A stretch of DNA of 64,000 nt from a bacterium (candidate division B38) B3_B38. GTDB taxonomy: Bacteria > Acidobacteriota > B3-B38 > Guanabaribacteriales > B3-B38. The stretch is taken from contig NJBL01000001.1 of NCBI GenBank assembly GCA_005223145.1, forward strand, positions 12,477-76,476, written 5' to 3'. Position 1 is the stretch's first letter; each line of letters begins with the position of its first letter. Shown one piece after another: positions 30,405 through 38,381 of the stretch. A model generated the notes under the pieces. That model worked only from the letters and a program-made list of their open reading frames with translations, had not been told where the DNA came from and searched no databases. The position numbers were made by a program, and so were the translations under genes.

Positions 30405-31664
30405 CTATCTTAAGTCGTATCTATTAAAGTTATACAAGGAGAGAAGCAGCAGTATTACATTCCAGGATATTAAGATAACAAGTCCCTTCAGGCTTTCTGT
30501 AAGACTTGCCAGGAGAGAGGATTTCTTATACTCCACATGGGGGATTCCCGAGGTATCCAGGGGCTCGTCACCGGTGCTCCAGTACATTAGTCTTCGGGGA
30601 CTTGTTTTTAGTTTCTCCGCCTGCCACAAAGCGAAGGTCTCGTTCAAATTCTGCGCCTGTCTGATAAATTTCAGATAAGACGGCAGACTGGTATTGGAAA
30701 GAGATTCTAAGCCGCTCTGGTAGGCCATGAAAGGAGATAAAAAAGAGAGAGAGTTTCTTACATTATATTGCTGAACCTTTTCATTTATATACAGCATATC
30801 CCACAGATTTGCAGGAGGTTTTTCGCTACCTTCTCCAATAATTGGCTTCTCTATTTCGGGAATGGGATGGTATCTCTCAGCTATATAGGAAGAGAAATTT
30901 GGTATTATCAAAAGCAATACAATCCACAGCAGCAGTAAAAGGGAAAGCGAATTAGCCGACGAGTGAAAAAGGTATGAAATAGATACCCCTAACAGGGCGA
31001 AAACCGAGATAAACACCACGCTCAACAGAAAAGAGAAATTGAGCCGTAGAAAATCTTCAGCATTCAAATCAATCTTCCGGGAGCTCACTAATATCAATTC
31101 CAATATAATAAATGACATTAGCAGGGGAATTATTAAGGTTAAAATGGCGCCAAGATACTCTCCCAGAATAACCTTGTATCTGGCAAGGGAATGAGAAAAG
31201 CACAGGCTCAATGTCCTATTCTCTTTTTGCCCGGTCACGGAGTCGTAGGTTATGATAATGGCAATAAAGCTGATCAGCACGGCGATTATCTTCCCCAGGT
31301 CCAGATATCCAAACAGCGGGGACAGGCTGTAATGGCTGCTGTATTTGGTTATGCTCATCCTCCCGGCAAATTCTCCCGGAATTTTAATGCTCGAGCCAAA
31401 CTCGTCGGTATAGCCGGTGCTTATCAGCGACAGCTGCTCCACCGGACGATTTAAATACAAGTGAAGCTGCCCATACATTCTGGCGTAATATCTGACAGTG
31501 GCCGCCCGATCCTCAGCCGCCTCGTATAGCTCCTTTTCCATCTGATAGCGCCCCAGTAAAACCAGCGTTCCGATGCTTATACACACCACCAATAGAATGG
31601 TCAAGATGATAAACCGTAATGAAAAAATATTGAGAAGTATTCTTTTTTTAATAATTAACCACAT
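30405..31664 (-). CDS. ABC-2 family transporter permease (paralog of the adjacent permease)
   Basis: Same topology as the 28956 gene. Abutting stop/start. Confidence 0.6.
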   Translation of the reverse strand: MWLIIKKRILLNIFSLRFIILTILLVVCISIGTLVLLGRYQMEKELYEAAEDRAATVRYYARMYGQLHLYLNRPVEQLSLISTGYTDEFGSSIKIPGEFAGRMSITKYSSHYSLSPLFGYLDLGKIIAVLISFIAIIITYDSVTGQKENRTLSLCFSHSLARYKVILGEYLGAILTLIIPLLMSFIILELILVSSRKIDLNAEDFLRLNFSFLLSVVFISVFALLGVSISYLFHSSANSLSLLLLLWIVLLLIIPNFSSYIAERYHPIPEIEKPIIGEGSEKPPANLWDMLYINEKVQQYNVRNSLSFLSPFMAYQSGLESLSNTSLPSYLKFIRQAQNLNETFALWQAEKLKTSPRRLMYWSTGDEPLDTSGIPHVEYKKSSLLASLTESLKGLVILISWNVILLLLSLYNFNRYDLR

Positions 31665-31776
31665 TTTGACCTCTCTTCAGGGAAATATGTTGTTACATGT
31701 AATAAAGCATATTATTTTCATCTTTAAAGTGATACATATTACAGTTTTCGGATTTTAATTATTTGTTAAAACCTAT

Positions 31777-31962
31777 TTATAAAAATTGCTCCATTTTAAA
31801 ATTGACAGGTATAAATGTTTGAACGAAGCCCACAGAAAGTTGATTAAAATCAAAATCCAATAAGATCTGTGTTAATTGTATGGGCGTTACCGGCACTTCC
31901 TCTTCTTGTAATGATAAACCTAAATTTAATAGCGCTACCATAATTAAGGTAATTATCCACAT
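31777..31962 (-). CDS. Small (61 aa) predicted membrane peptide with a strong Shine-Dalgarno site
   Basis: GGGAGGG 9 nt upstream of the ATG. N-terminal hydrophobic helix. Lies in an AT-rich patch. Confidence 0.3.
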   Translation of the reverse strand: MWIITLIMVALLNLGLSLQEEEVPVTPIQLTQILLDFDFNQLSVGFVQTFIPVNFKMEQFL

Positions 31963-32253
31963 TTTAATACACCCTCCCTATTATTTCAGGTGACAGATAT
32001 TCTACCTCTTTGATTTGTCCCATTTTATTAAATACCAGAACTCTTGGTTTATCATCAATGCCAAATATTTGTTCTGCGGAGATATAAATTTTGGGTCTAA
32101 TAATTTATCCCCTCCTCATCAATTCTAAACTACCTTTTCACTATAAATTAACGACATTATTAAGAGAGCTGTTACAACCCTTTTATTCAAATCTCAATAA
32201 ATGCAAATGAAAAAGGATGAGAAGGTATTAAAAATTAAAAAACTCATTTAAAC

Positions 32254-32282
32254 TTGACAAGTAGCGACTAAGATTATATATT
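32254..32282 (+). promoter_or_regulatory. sigma70-like promoter (TTGACA-N17-TATATT) for the Hsp20 gene
   Basis: -35 at 32254-32259 and -10 at 32277-32282. SD AAAGGAGGT at 32301-32309. Confidence 0.5.
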
Positions 32283-32317
32283 ATACTATGACTAAAGATT
32301 AAAGGAGGTAATGTTCA

Positions 32318-32764
32318 ATGGAACTCATCAGATGGAAGCCTTTCAGATAGTTCTTCACCCTTCCTGAGCGGCTCGACCGACTCTTCGACGAGAGCCTGGC
32401 TCGGATGGAGGAAAATCTCCCCTCCTGGTGGATGAGAAGGTGGCCGTTGACCGAAATCTACGAGACCGACCAGGAGATCATCCTCAAGGCAGAGCTGCCG
32501 GGCATTGACCCCAAAGATGTGAGCATTCATGTGGACGATGGGAGACTGCACATAGAGGGTGAGCGGAAGCATGAGAAGCGAGCGGATGAGGAGAACTATC
32601 ATCGTCGGGAGCTCGCCTACGGCAAGTTTTTCCGCTCCTCCACCCTACCAACCTCAGTCGACCAGGGGAAGATTAATGCCCGTTATGAAAAGGGTATCCT
32701 CCACATAACCCTCCCCAAGAAGGAGGAACACAAGGGGAAGAAGATAGAAATAAAGATCGAATAA
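32318..32764 (+). CDS. Hsp20/alpha-crystallin family small heat-shock protein, interrupted by an in-frame TAG at 32348-32350 (uninterrupted ORF from internal Met 32405)
   Basis: ATG at 32318, optimally spaced from the SD, encodes MELIRWKPFR, the conserved sHSP N-terminus. A TAG follows, then FFTLPERLDRLFDE... and the alpha-crystallin domain (ILKAELPGIDPKDVSIHVDDGRLHIEGERK). Confidence 0.7.
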
Positions 32765-32877
32765 TCAGCATAACTCAAAGGCAATGGAAGACTAAAGCGC
32801 CCCTGCCCTTTTTTTTATCCCCTCCCCCTGGTTGCTTCTAATCCTCTGGACAATGTGGAGGTCAGGTTCTATTTCAC

Positions 32878-32900
32878 CTTGACAAATGAGGATGCTTATG
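32878..32900 (+). promoter_or_regulatory. Candidate promoter of the hdr/metF cluster (TTGACA-N17-TAGATA)
   Basis: TTGACA at 32878-32883. A T8 tract at 32808-32815 after the hsp20 gene suggests termination upstream. Confidence 0.35.
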
Positions 32901-33069
32901 GTAGATATAATAGCTTTGAAATTTATTTTTTTCTACAAGGGAAGGACAAGAAGAGGCACAAAAGAGATTCTTGCGGATATGAATTTTCATCCTGAATAAT
33001 CTTCTTTGAAGAGAGACGGGGGGATAATCTCTCCCAGACCGTTTCAAGCTACTCACAAGGATTTAAAAA

Positions 33070-34317
33070 GTGGATAAAAGTGTCCTGGTTATCGGAGCTG
33101 GGGTGGCGGGTATTACAGCAGCCCTTGAGTTAGCGAACAGCGGAGTGCCGGTTGCCCTGGTAGAAAAGAGCCCGGGGCTGGGTGGTGCAGTTGCCTCATA
33201 TTGCTGCAAAGCCACCGACCAGTGCAACAAGTGCTCGGTATGCGTCGCCAATCAAAAGATGGAGGAGCTGCGGAGCGCGACCAATCTTTCACTCTTCACC
33301 AACTCCGACATTGAGAAGGTAGCCCGCAGTGATGGCGCGTTCCAAATCACGGTAACGCGCAAGCCCACCTATATTGATGACGATAAATGCGTTCGTTGTC
33401 AGCTGTGCGCTGAGAAGTGCCCCACCACGCCAAGCTCCATTTTCCTCCCTCCTCCTCACTCACCTTTGCAGAGCTATGTAATTGACCTTGATAGGTGTGT
33501 GCATTTTCAGGGCAAAAAGTGTAAGCTTTGCCAGGATGTATGCCCTACGGGAGCGATTGACCTTTCTCAAAAAGCAAGGGAGGAGAACCTTCAGGTGGGA
33601 GCCATCGTTGTGGCAACCGGCTTTTCTGCCTTTGACCCCACCAGGAAGAAGAGATATGGCTATGGAGCTCATCCCGATGTGATCACAGCCCTTGAATTGG
33701 AGGAGCAGCTGCGAATAGCAGGGAAGCTCAGCCGTCCCTCCAATGGCAGCCAGCCCAAACAGATAGCCTTTATCCAATGCTTCGGCAGCCGGGATGCTCA
33801 TGTGGGGAACAACTACTGTTCCCGAGTCTGCTGCACCTACACCATGAGGCTGGCAAACCTTCTCAAGTTCAAGCTCCCCGACTCAAGCATAACCATATTT
33901 TATATGGACATCCAGACTTTCGGAAAAGAGTTTGAGCAGTTTTATCAGCAGTGCCGCCAGAAAATTCAATTTATCCGTGATATACCCTCTCACATCCAGC
34001 AGGATGGGAATAACCAGCTCCTGATAACCTATCAGGACAGAAAAGAAGGCAAAGTGGTGCAAAGCAATTTCGACCTGGTGGTTCTTTCCGTGGGCCTTTG
34101 TCCGAGAGAAGATACCGAGAAGCTGGTTGAACTGTTGGGACTGCAGACTAACGAGCACGGCTTTTTAAAATCGCTAAGCCCCCTGCAAACCAACGAGACA
34201 GAGGCAGAGGGAATATTCCTTGCCGGCACCTGCCAGGGACCCCGGGACATAAGCGAATCTATCGCCCATTCTATCGGTGCGGCGGAGAAAGCCCTCGCCT
34301 ATCTGGGAGCCAAATAG
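33070..34317 (+). CDS. hdrA: Heterodisulfide reductase subunit A-like flavoprotein (complete HdrA-type FAD domain with inserted 2x[4Fe-4S] ferredoxin)
   Basis: GTG start. FAD Rossmann VLVIGAGVAGITAALELA. Ferredoxin CVRCQLCAEKCP and CKLCQDVCPTGAI. HdrA signature FIQCFGSRD...YCSRVCC. Ends in TAG at 34315-34317, in frame with the next ORF. Confidence 0.85.
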   Translation: MDKSVLVIGAGVAGITAALELANSGVPVALVEKSPGLGGAVASYCCKATDQCNKCSVCVANQKMEELRSATNLSLFTNSDIEKVARSDGAFQITVTRKPTYIDDDKCVRCQLCAEKCPTTPSSIFLPPPHSPLQSYVIDLDRCVHFQGKKCKLCQDVCPTGAIDLSQKAREENLQVGAIVVATGFSAFDPTRKKRYGYGAHPDVITALELEEQLRIAGKLSRPSNGSQPKQIAFIQCFGSRDAHVGNNYCSRVCCTYTMRLANLLKFKLPDSSITIFYMDIQTFGKEFEQFYQQCRQKIQFIRDIPSHIQQDGNNQLLITYQDRKEGKVVQSNFDLVVLSVGLCPREDTEKLVELLGLQTNEHGFLKSLSPLQTNETEAEGIFLAGTCQGPRDISESIAHSIGAAEKALAYLGAK

Positions 34318-35994
34318 ATGACAGAGGAGAAAAGAATAGGGATTATTCTCTGCAACTGCGGGGGAAGTCTTGAGGGTCATTTAGACCTCAAGAGACTGAA
34401 GGAATATAGCCAGGGTCTACCCCAGGTAGCTTATGTTGAGGAGCTGGGCACCTTTTGCCTTCCGGAGGATCCTCAGAAGATAGCCTCCATCATCAACAAG
34501 GAGAACCTCTCGGGCATCGTATTAGCCGGGTGTCCTCATCGGAATTCCGAAGCCATAGCTTCAGCCATAGCCCGGGAGTCTCACCTGAATCAGCATTTAA
34601 TCAACTTTGCTCCCATCAGGGAGCAGTGCGCCTGGGCCTATCCCCGGCGGCAAATAGCAACCGTAAAAGCCGAAAGGATGCTGGCATCAGCGGTAGCCCG
34701 AAACATCCGTCTTCATCCCCTGGAAGAGGAGGAGTTGTCCGCCGAGAAAAGCGTCCTTATCATAGGGGGAGGCATTGGGGGCATTCAGACCGCTCTGGAA
34801 CTCTCCCGCCTGGGATTTGGAGCCACCATACTGGAGAAGAAGTCCCACCTGGGAGGACTGATGAAAGGCACTGCCGCTCCCTTCGATTCCGTAACCCAAC
34901 CTCTGGAGCTAATTTCCTCCCGCATAGAGACCGCCACGCAAGACCCCAGGATAGATATCCTCACTTCCAGCGAACTGGTAAAGCTGGAGGGAGAGCCGGG
35001 CAGATTCCAGGCTCATATAAAACATAAAAGAAAAAAGAAGACTATAACAGCGGGCGCCGTAGTGGTGGCTGCCGGCTATCTGGTCAGTTTCCCCAAGGAG
35101 AGCTATGGATTCCCACTCTCTGAACGAGTCATCACCCAATCGCAGTTATCCGCCATACTGGCTGATGAGAAGAAGACCGAGGCTCTGCTGGGGGGAAATA
35201 AAGGAAAAGAGAGGAATCTCATCTTCATCCTCGGAATGGGCGGGGAGAGCACTCCCTTGACCACCGCCTTCACCCTCAAGGTATCATCGCTTATTAAAGA
35301 AAAGTATAAGTGGAACATCTTCATTATTTACAACAATATCAAAGTTGCCGGCGAGGGACTGGAGGCGCTCTTCCGTCAGTGCCGCAGTCAGGGTATTATC
35401 CTGTTAAGATACGATGAGCCCCGTCCCGGGTTCACCGTCAGCAAGGAGAAAATAGACATCCGCCTCAGCGGTCTGCTCACCTCATTGGAAAAAGAGGAGG
35501 AGGTAACTATCCCCGGTCACCTGATGGTGGTCGAAGAGCGGATAGAGCCCGAGCCCGACTTTGAAAACCTGGCTCAACTGTTGGGAATAAATGTTGACCC
35601 TCAGGGCTTTCTCCAGAAGGATAACCCTCATCTGTTCCCCATTGCCACTAATAAGGCGGGAGTCTTCGTGATGGGCTCTTGCCATCATCCCATGCTGCTG
35701 CCATTTATTATGGAAGAGGCGGCGGCAACAGCTTCCCATATCGCTGAGCAACTCTCTGAAGGGAAAATCAGGGTCTTCAAAGAGAGGGCAATGGTAGATA
35801 AGGGTAAGTGCACCCTTTGCCTGACCTGCATTCGTCTCTGCCCCCACCATGCCATCTCTTACGACCGAGCAGCGGTCATCTCGGAGGCTTTGTGCCAGGG
35901 CTGCGGAGTCTGCGCCAGTGAGTGTCCGGCAGAGGCGATAGAGATTAGAAACTATACCACCCATCAGCTTATGGCTGAGATAGGAGTTAGCTGA
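34318..35994 (+). CDS. hdrA: Second HdrA-type unit (Cys-rich inserted domain, second FAD site, C-terminal 2x[4Fe-4S])
   Basis: ILCNCGGSLEGHLDLKRLKEY, VLIIGGGIGGIQTALELSRLG, CTLCLTCIRLCPHH...CQGCGVCASECPAEAI. ATG directly follows the upstream TAG. Confidence 0.85.
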   Translation: MTEEKRIGIILCNCGGSLEGHLDLKRLKEYSQGLPQVAYVEELGTFCLPEDPQKIASIINKENLSGIVLAGCPHRNSEAIASAIARESHLNQHLINFAPIREQCAWAYPRRQIATVKAERMLASAVARNIRLHPLEEEELSAEKSVLIIGGGIGGIQTALELSRLGFGATILEKKSHLGGLMKGTAAPFDSVTQPLELISSRIETATQDPRIDILTSSELVKLEGEPGRFQAHIKHKRKKKTITAGAVVVAAGYLVSFPKESYGFPLSERVITQSQLSAILADEKKTEALLGGNKGKERNLIFILGMGGESTPLTTAFTLKVSSLIKEKYKWNIFIIYNNIKVAGEGLEALFRQCRSQGIILLRYDEPRPGFTVSKEKIDIRLSGLLTSLEKEEEVTIPGHLMVVEERIEPEPDFENLAQLLGINVDPQGFLQKDNPHLFPIATNKAGVFVMGSCHHPMLLPFIMEEAAATASHIAEQLSEGKIRVFKERAMVDKGKCTLCLTCIRLCPHHAISYDRAAVISEALCQGCGVCASECPAEAIEIRNYTTHQLMAEIGVS

Positions 35995-36020
35995 AAGGCT
36001 TCAAAAAAGGGGGATTTAAA

Positions 36021-37421
36021 TTGCCAAAATATGATGTTGCCATAATAGGAGGGGGACCTGGAGGTTATGTGGCTGCCATAAGGGGAGCCCAGCTGGGCGG
36101 GAGAATCTGCGTGATAGAGAAAGGAGAGCTGGGGGGAACCTGCCTTAACTGGGGCTGTATCCCCACCAAAGCGCTCATCGCCTCCACCTCAGTGCTGAGA
36201 TACATCAACGAGGCAAAGCGCTACGGGATAAACATCAAGGGCGATGTAGAAGCAGACTTTCCAGCCATTATGGAGAGAAAAAACAAGGTGGTAGCCACCC
36301 TCGTTAATGGTATAAAGACCGTATTCAAAAGCTATGATATTGACCTCATAAAGGGCACCGGCTCATTCCTCGCCCCCCATAGGCTTAAGGTAACCCTCCC
36401 CGATGGCTCTACTCAGGAGATAGAGGCGGAAAAGGTGCTCATCGCCACCGGTTCTGTCCCCGCTGTCATTCCAGCCTTCCCCATCGATGGGAAGAAGATC
36501 ATCTCCAGCGACGAAGCCGTCAACCTGAAAGAAGTCCCTAAAAGCATTCTGATTATCGGCGCCGGAGCTATCGGCTGCGAGTTTGCTTTCATTCTGCACG
36601 AACTGGGCTGTCAGGTTACCATGGTAGAGATGCTCGCTCATGCGGTCCCTCTGGAGGACATAGACACCTCCAAGACCATGGACCGAGAGCTAAAGAAGCG
36701 CAAGATCAAGCTCTACTGCAGCCAGAAGGTTCAGAAGGTCAAGGAAGACGCTGATGGGATGATGTTAGCCACCCTGGAAAGCGGCGAGGAGATAAAAGCC
36801 GAAAAGGTGCTGGTCTCCATAGGGAGAGTCTTTAATGTGAAGGGGCTTGACCTCGAAAACATCAAAGTAGCCCAGGGAAGGAGGGGTGACATTCTGGTGA
36901 ACGACCGCCTGGAGACCAATGTCCCCGGAGTATACGCCATTGGAGATGTGATTGGGGGAATTATGTTAGCTCATGTCGCCTCAAAAGAGGGGATAGTAGC
37001 CGTCGAGAACGCTCTGGGCGGCAATAAAAGGATAGACTACCGGGTGGTGCCCGCGACCATCTTCAGCAATCCTGAGATTGGCAGCGTCGGTCTGAAAGAG
37101 AGAGAAGCCAGGAAGCAGGGATACGACATCCGCATAGGGATGTTTCCCTACCGGGCTCTGGGGAAATCTCATGCCATGGGTGAGATCGTGGGACAGGCGA
37201 AAATCATCGCCGATGCCAAAACCGACAAGATTCTGGGGGTCCACATCGTGGGGGCGCATGCCACAGACCTTGTCCACGAGGCTGCTATAGCCATCCAGCA
37301 CGGATTAACCGCTCAGCAGTTGGGTGATACCATACACTCCCATCCTACTTTATCTGAAGCTCTTATGGAAGCCGCCCACGATGTCCACCAGATAGCTATA
37401 GATATGCCCAAAAAAAACTAA
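36021..37421 (+). CDS. lpdA: Dihydrolipoyl dehydrogenase (E3 / L-protein)
   Basis: FAD site DVAIIGGGPGGYVAA. Redox-active disulfide GGTCLNWGCIPTK. NAD site IIGAGAIGCEFA. C-terminal HSHPTLSEA interface motif. 466 aa. Confidence 0.9.
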   Translation: MPKYDVAIIGGGPGGYVAAIRGAQLGGRICVIEKGELGGTCLNWGCIPTKALIASTSVLRYINEAKRYGINIKGDVEADFPAIMERKNKVVATLVNGIKTVFKSYDIDLIKGTGSFLAPHRLKVTLPDGSTQEIEAEKVLIATGSVPAVIPAFPIDGKKIISSDEAVNLKEVPKSILIIGAGAIGCEFAFILHELGCQVTMVEMLAHAVPLEDIDTSKTMDRELKKRKIKLYCSQKVQKVKEDADGMMLATLESGEEIKAEKVLVSIGRVFNVKGLDLENIKVAQGRRGDILVNDRLETNVPGVYAIGDVIGGIMLAHVASKEGIVAVENALGGNKRIDYRVVPATIFSNPEIGSVGLKEREARKQGYDIRIGMFPYRALGKSHAMGEIVGQAKIIADAKTDKILGVHIVGAHATDLVHEAAIAIQHGLTAQQLGDTIHSHPTLSEALMEAAHDVHQIAIDMPKKN

Positions 37422-37483
37422 AAAAGGGAAATTTTTAAATGGTCTCAGATATGTTAAACTTAATCGCAAAGGAGGCCCAATAA

Positions 37484-37858
37484 ATGGGAGACGAGGGTTA
37501 CAAGTTTCACAAAGAGCATTTATGGTTTAAGGCGGAAGGCGATACCGCGTTGGTTGGTATCACCGATTACGCCCAGCAGCAGTTGGGAGATATTGTATAT
37601 GTTGACCTGCCCGATGTAGGGGACGAGATTAAAAAAGACGAGTCCCTGGGGGAGGTCGAGTCGGCTAAAAACCTCTCCGACCTTATTGCGCCGGTAAGCG
37701 GAGAGGTAATCGAAATCAACAACGACGCCGTTGACGACCCCTCAATCATCAACAAAGACCCTATGGGTGAGGGATGGCTTCTCAAAGTAAAGCTGTCCGA
37801 CCCATCAGAGCTGGACGACCTCCTCTCTGAAGAAGATTACAAGAAATTGGCAAAATAG
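37484..37858 (+). CDS. gcvH: Glycine-cleavage H-protein-type lipoyl carrier protein
   Basis: VGITDYAQQQLGDIVYVDLPDVG and lipoyl-lysine motif GEVESAKNLSDLIAPVSGEV. 124 aa. Confidence 0.9.
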   Translation: MGDEGYKFHKEHLWFKAEGDTALVGITDYAQQQLGDIVYVDLPDVGDEIKKDESLGEVESAKNLSDLIAPVSGEVIEINNDAVDDPSIINKDPMGEGWLLKVKLSDPSELDDLLSEEDYKKLAK

Positions 37859-37912
37859 CCTGAGAGAAGTCCATCTGTCTGGGGAAAGAGGGGTAGTGTG
37901 AGGTTGTAAGGC

Positions 37913-38359
37913 ATGAGCGACCAGGAGAGCCTCGGGAAGGAATCCGACGATTTTTGTCCACGAATAGTAGCCTTCTGTTGCCAGCGTTCAGCCTACCGTG
38001 CAGCAGATTTAGCAGGGGAGATGCACCTTGGTTTTCCCGAAGGGCTTGATATTATTCAGGTCCCTTGCACCGGCAGGGTCGACCTCGTCTATCTGCTGCG
38101 GTCACTGGAAGAGGGCGCCGATGGGGTGCTCATCCTTGCCTGTTTTGAGGACAACTGCAAATACATCTCAGGCAACATACGCGCCCGCAGACGGGTGGAG
38201 TACGCCCGAAAACTCCTCAAAGAGCTCGGACTGGAGGAGAAGAGGGTAGCCATCGGGAACCTCGCCTCTAACACGCCCCATCGGTTTGTAGAGCTCACCC
38301 AAGCAATGAGGGAAGAAATTAAAAAATTAGGACCAAGCCCCTTGCGGGCTAAGCAATAA
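37913..38359 (+). CDS. mvhD: Methyl-viologen-reducing hydrogenase delta subunit-like protein (MvhD/FlxD), Cys version
   Basis: Conserved CCQRSAY, VPCTG, and ACFEDNCKY motifs. 148 aa. Confidence 0.85.
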   Translation: MSDQESLGKESDDFCPRIVAFCCQRSAYRAADLAGEMHLGFPEGLDIIQVPCTGRVDLVYLLRSLEEGADGVLILACFEDNCKYISGNIRARRRVEYARKLLKELGLEEKRVAIGNLASNTPHRFVELTQAMREEIKKLGPSPLRAKQ

Positions 38360-38381
38360 AGATTAAGGACTTATCTGAGAG

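Noticed and set aside
32348-34317. Global reassignment of TAG (for example pyrrolysine or another sense codon) to explain in-frame TAGs in hsp20 and between the hdrA units
   Set aside because: TAG terminates several well-delimited genes in the same window (acylase 2434-2436, lipoprotein 3714-3716, 2-hydroxyacid dehydrogenase 7889-7891, lapB 10055-10057). Wholesale reassignment is therefore unlikely. Site-specific events or mutations remain possible and are listed as findings.
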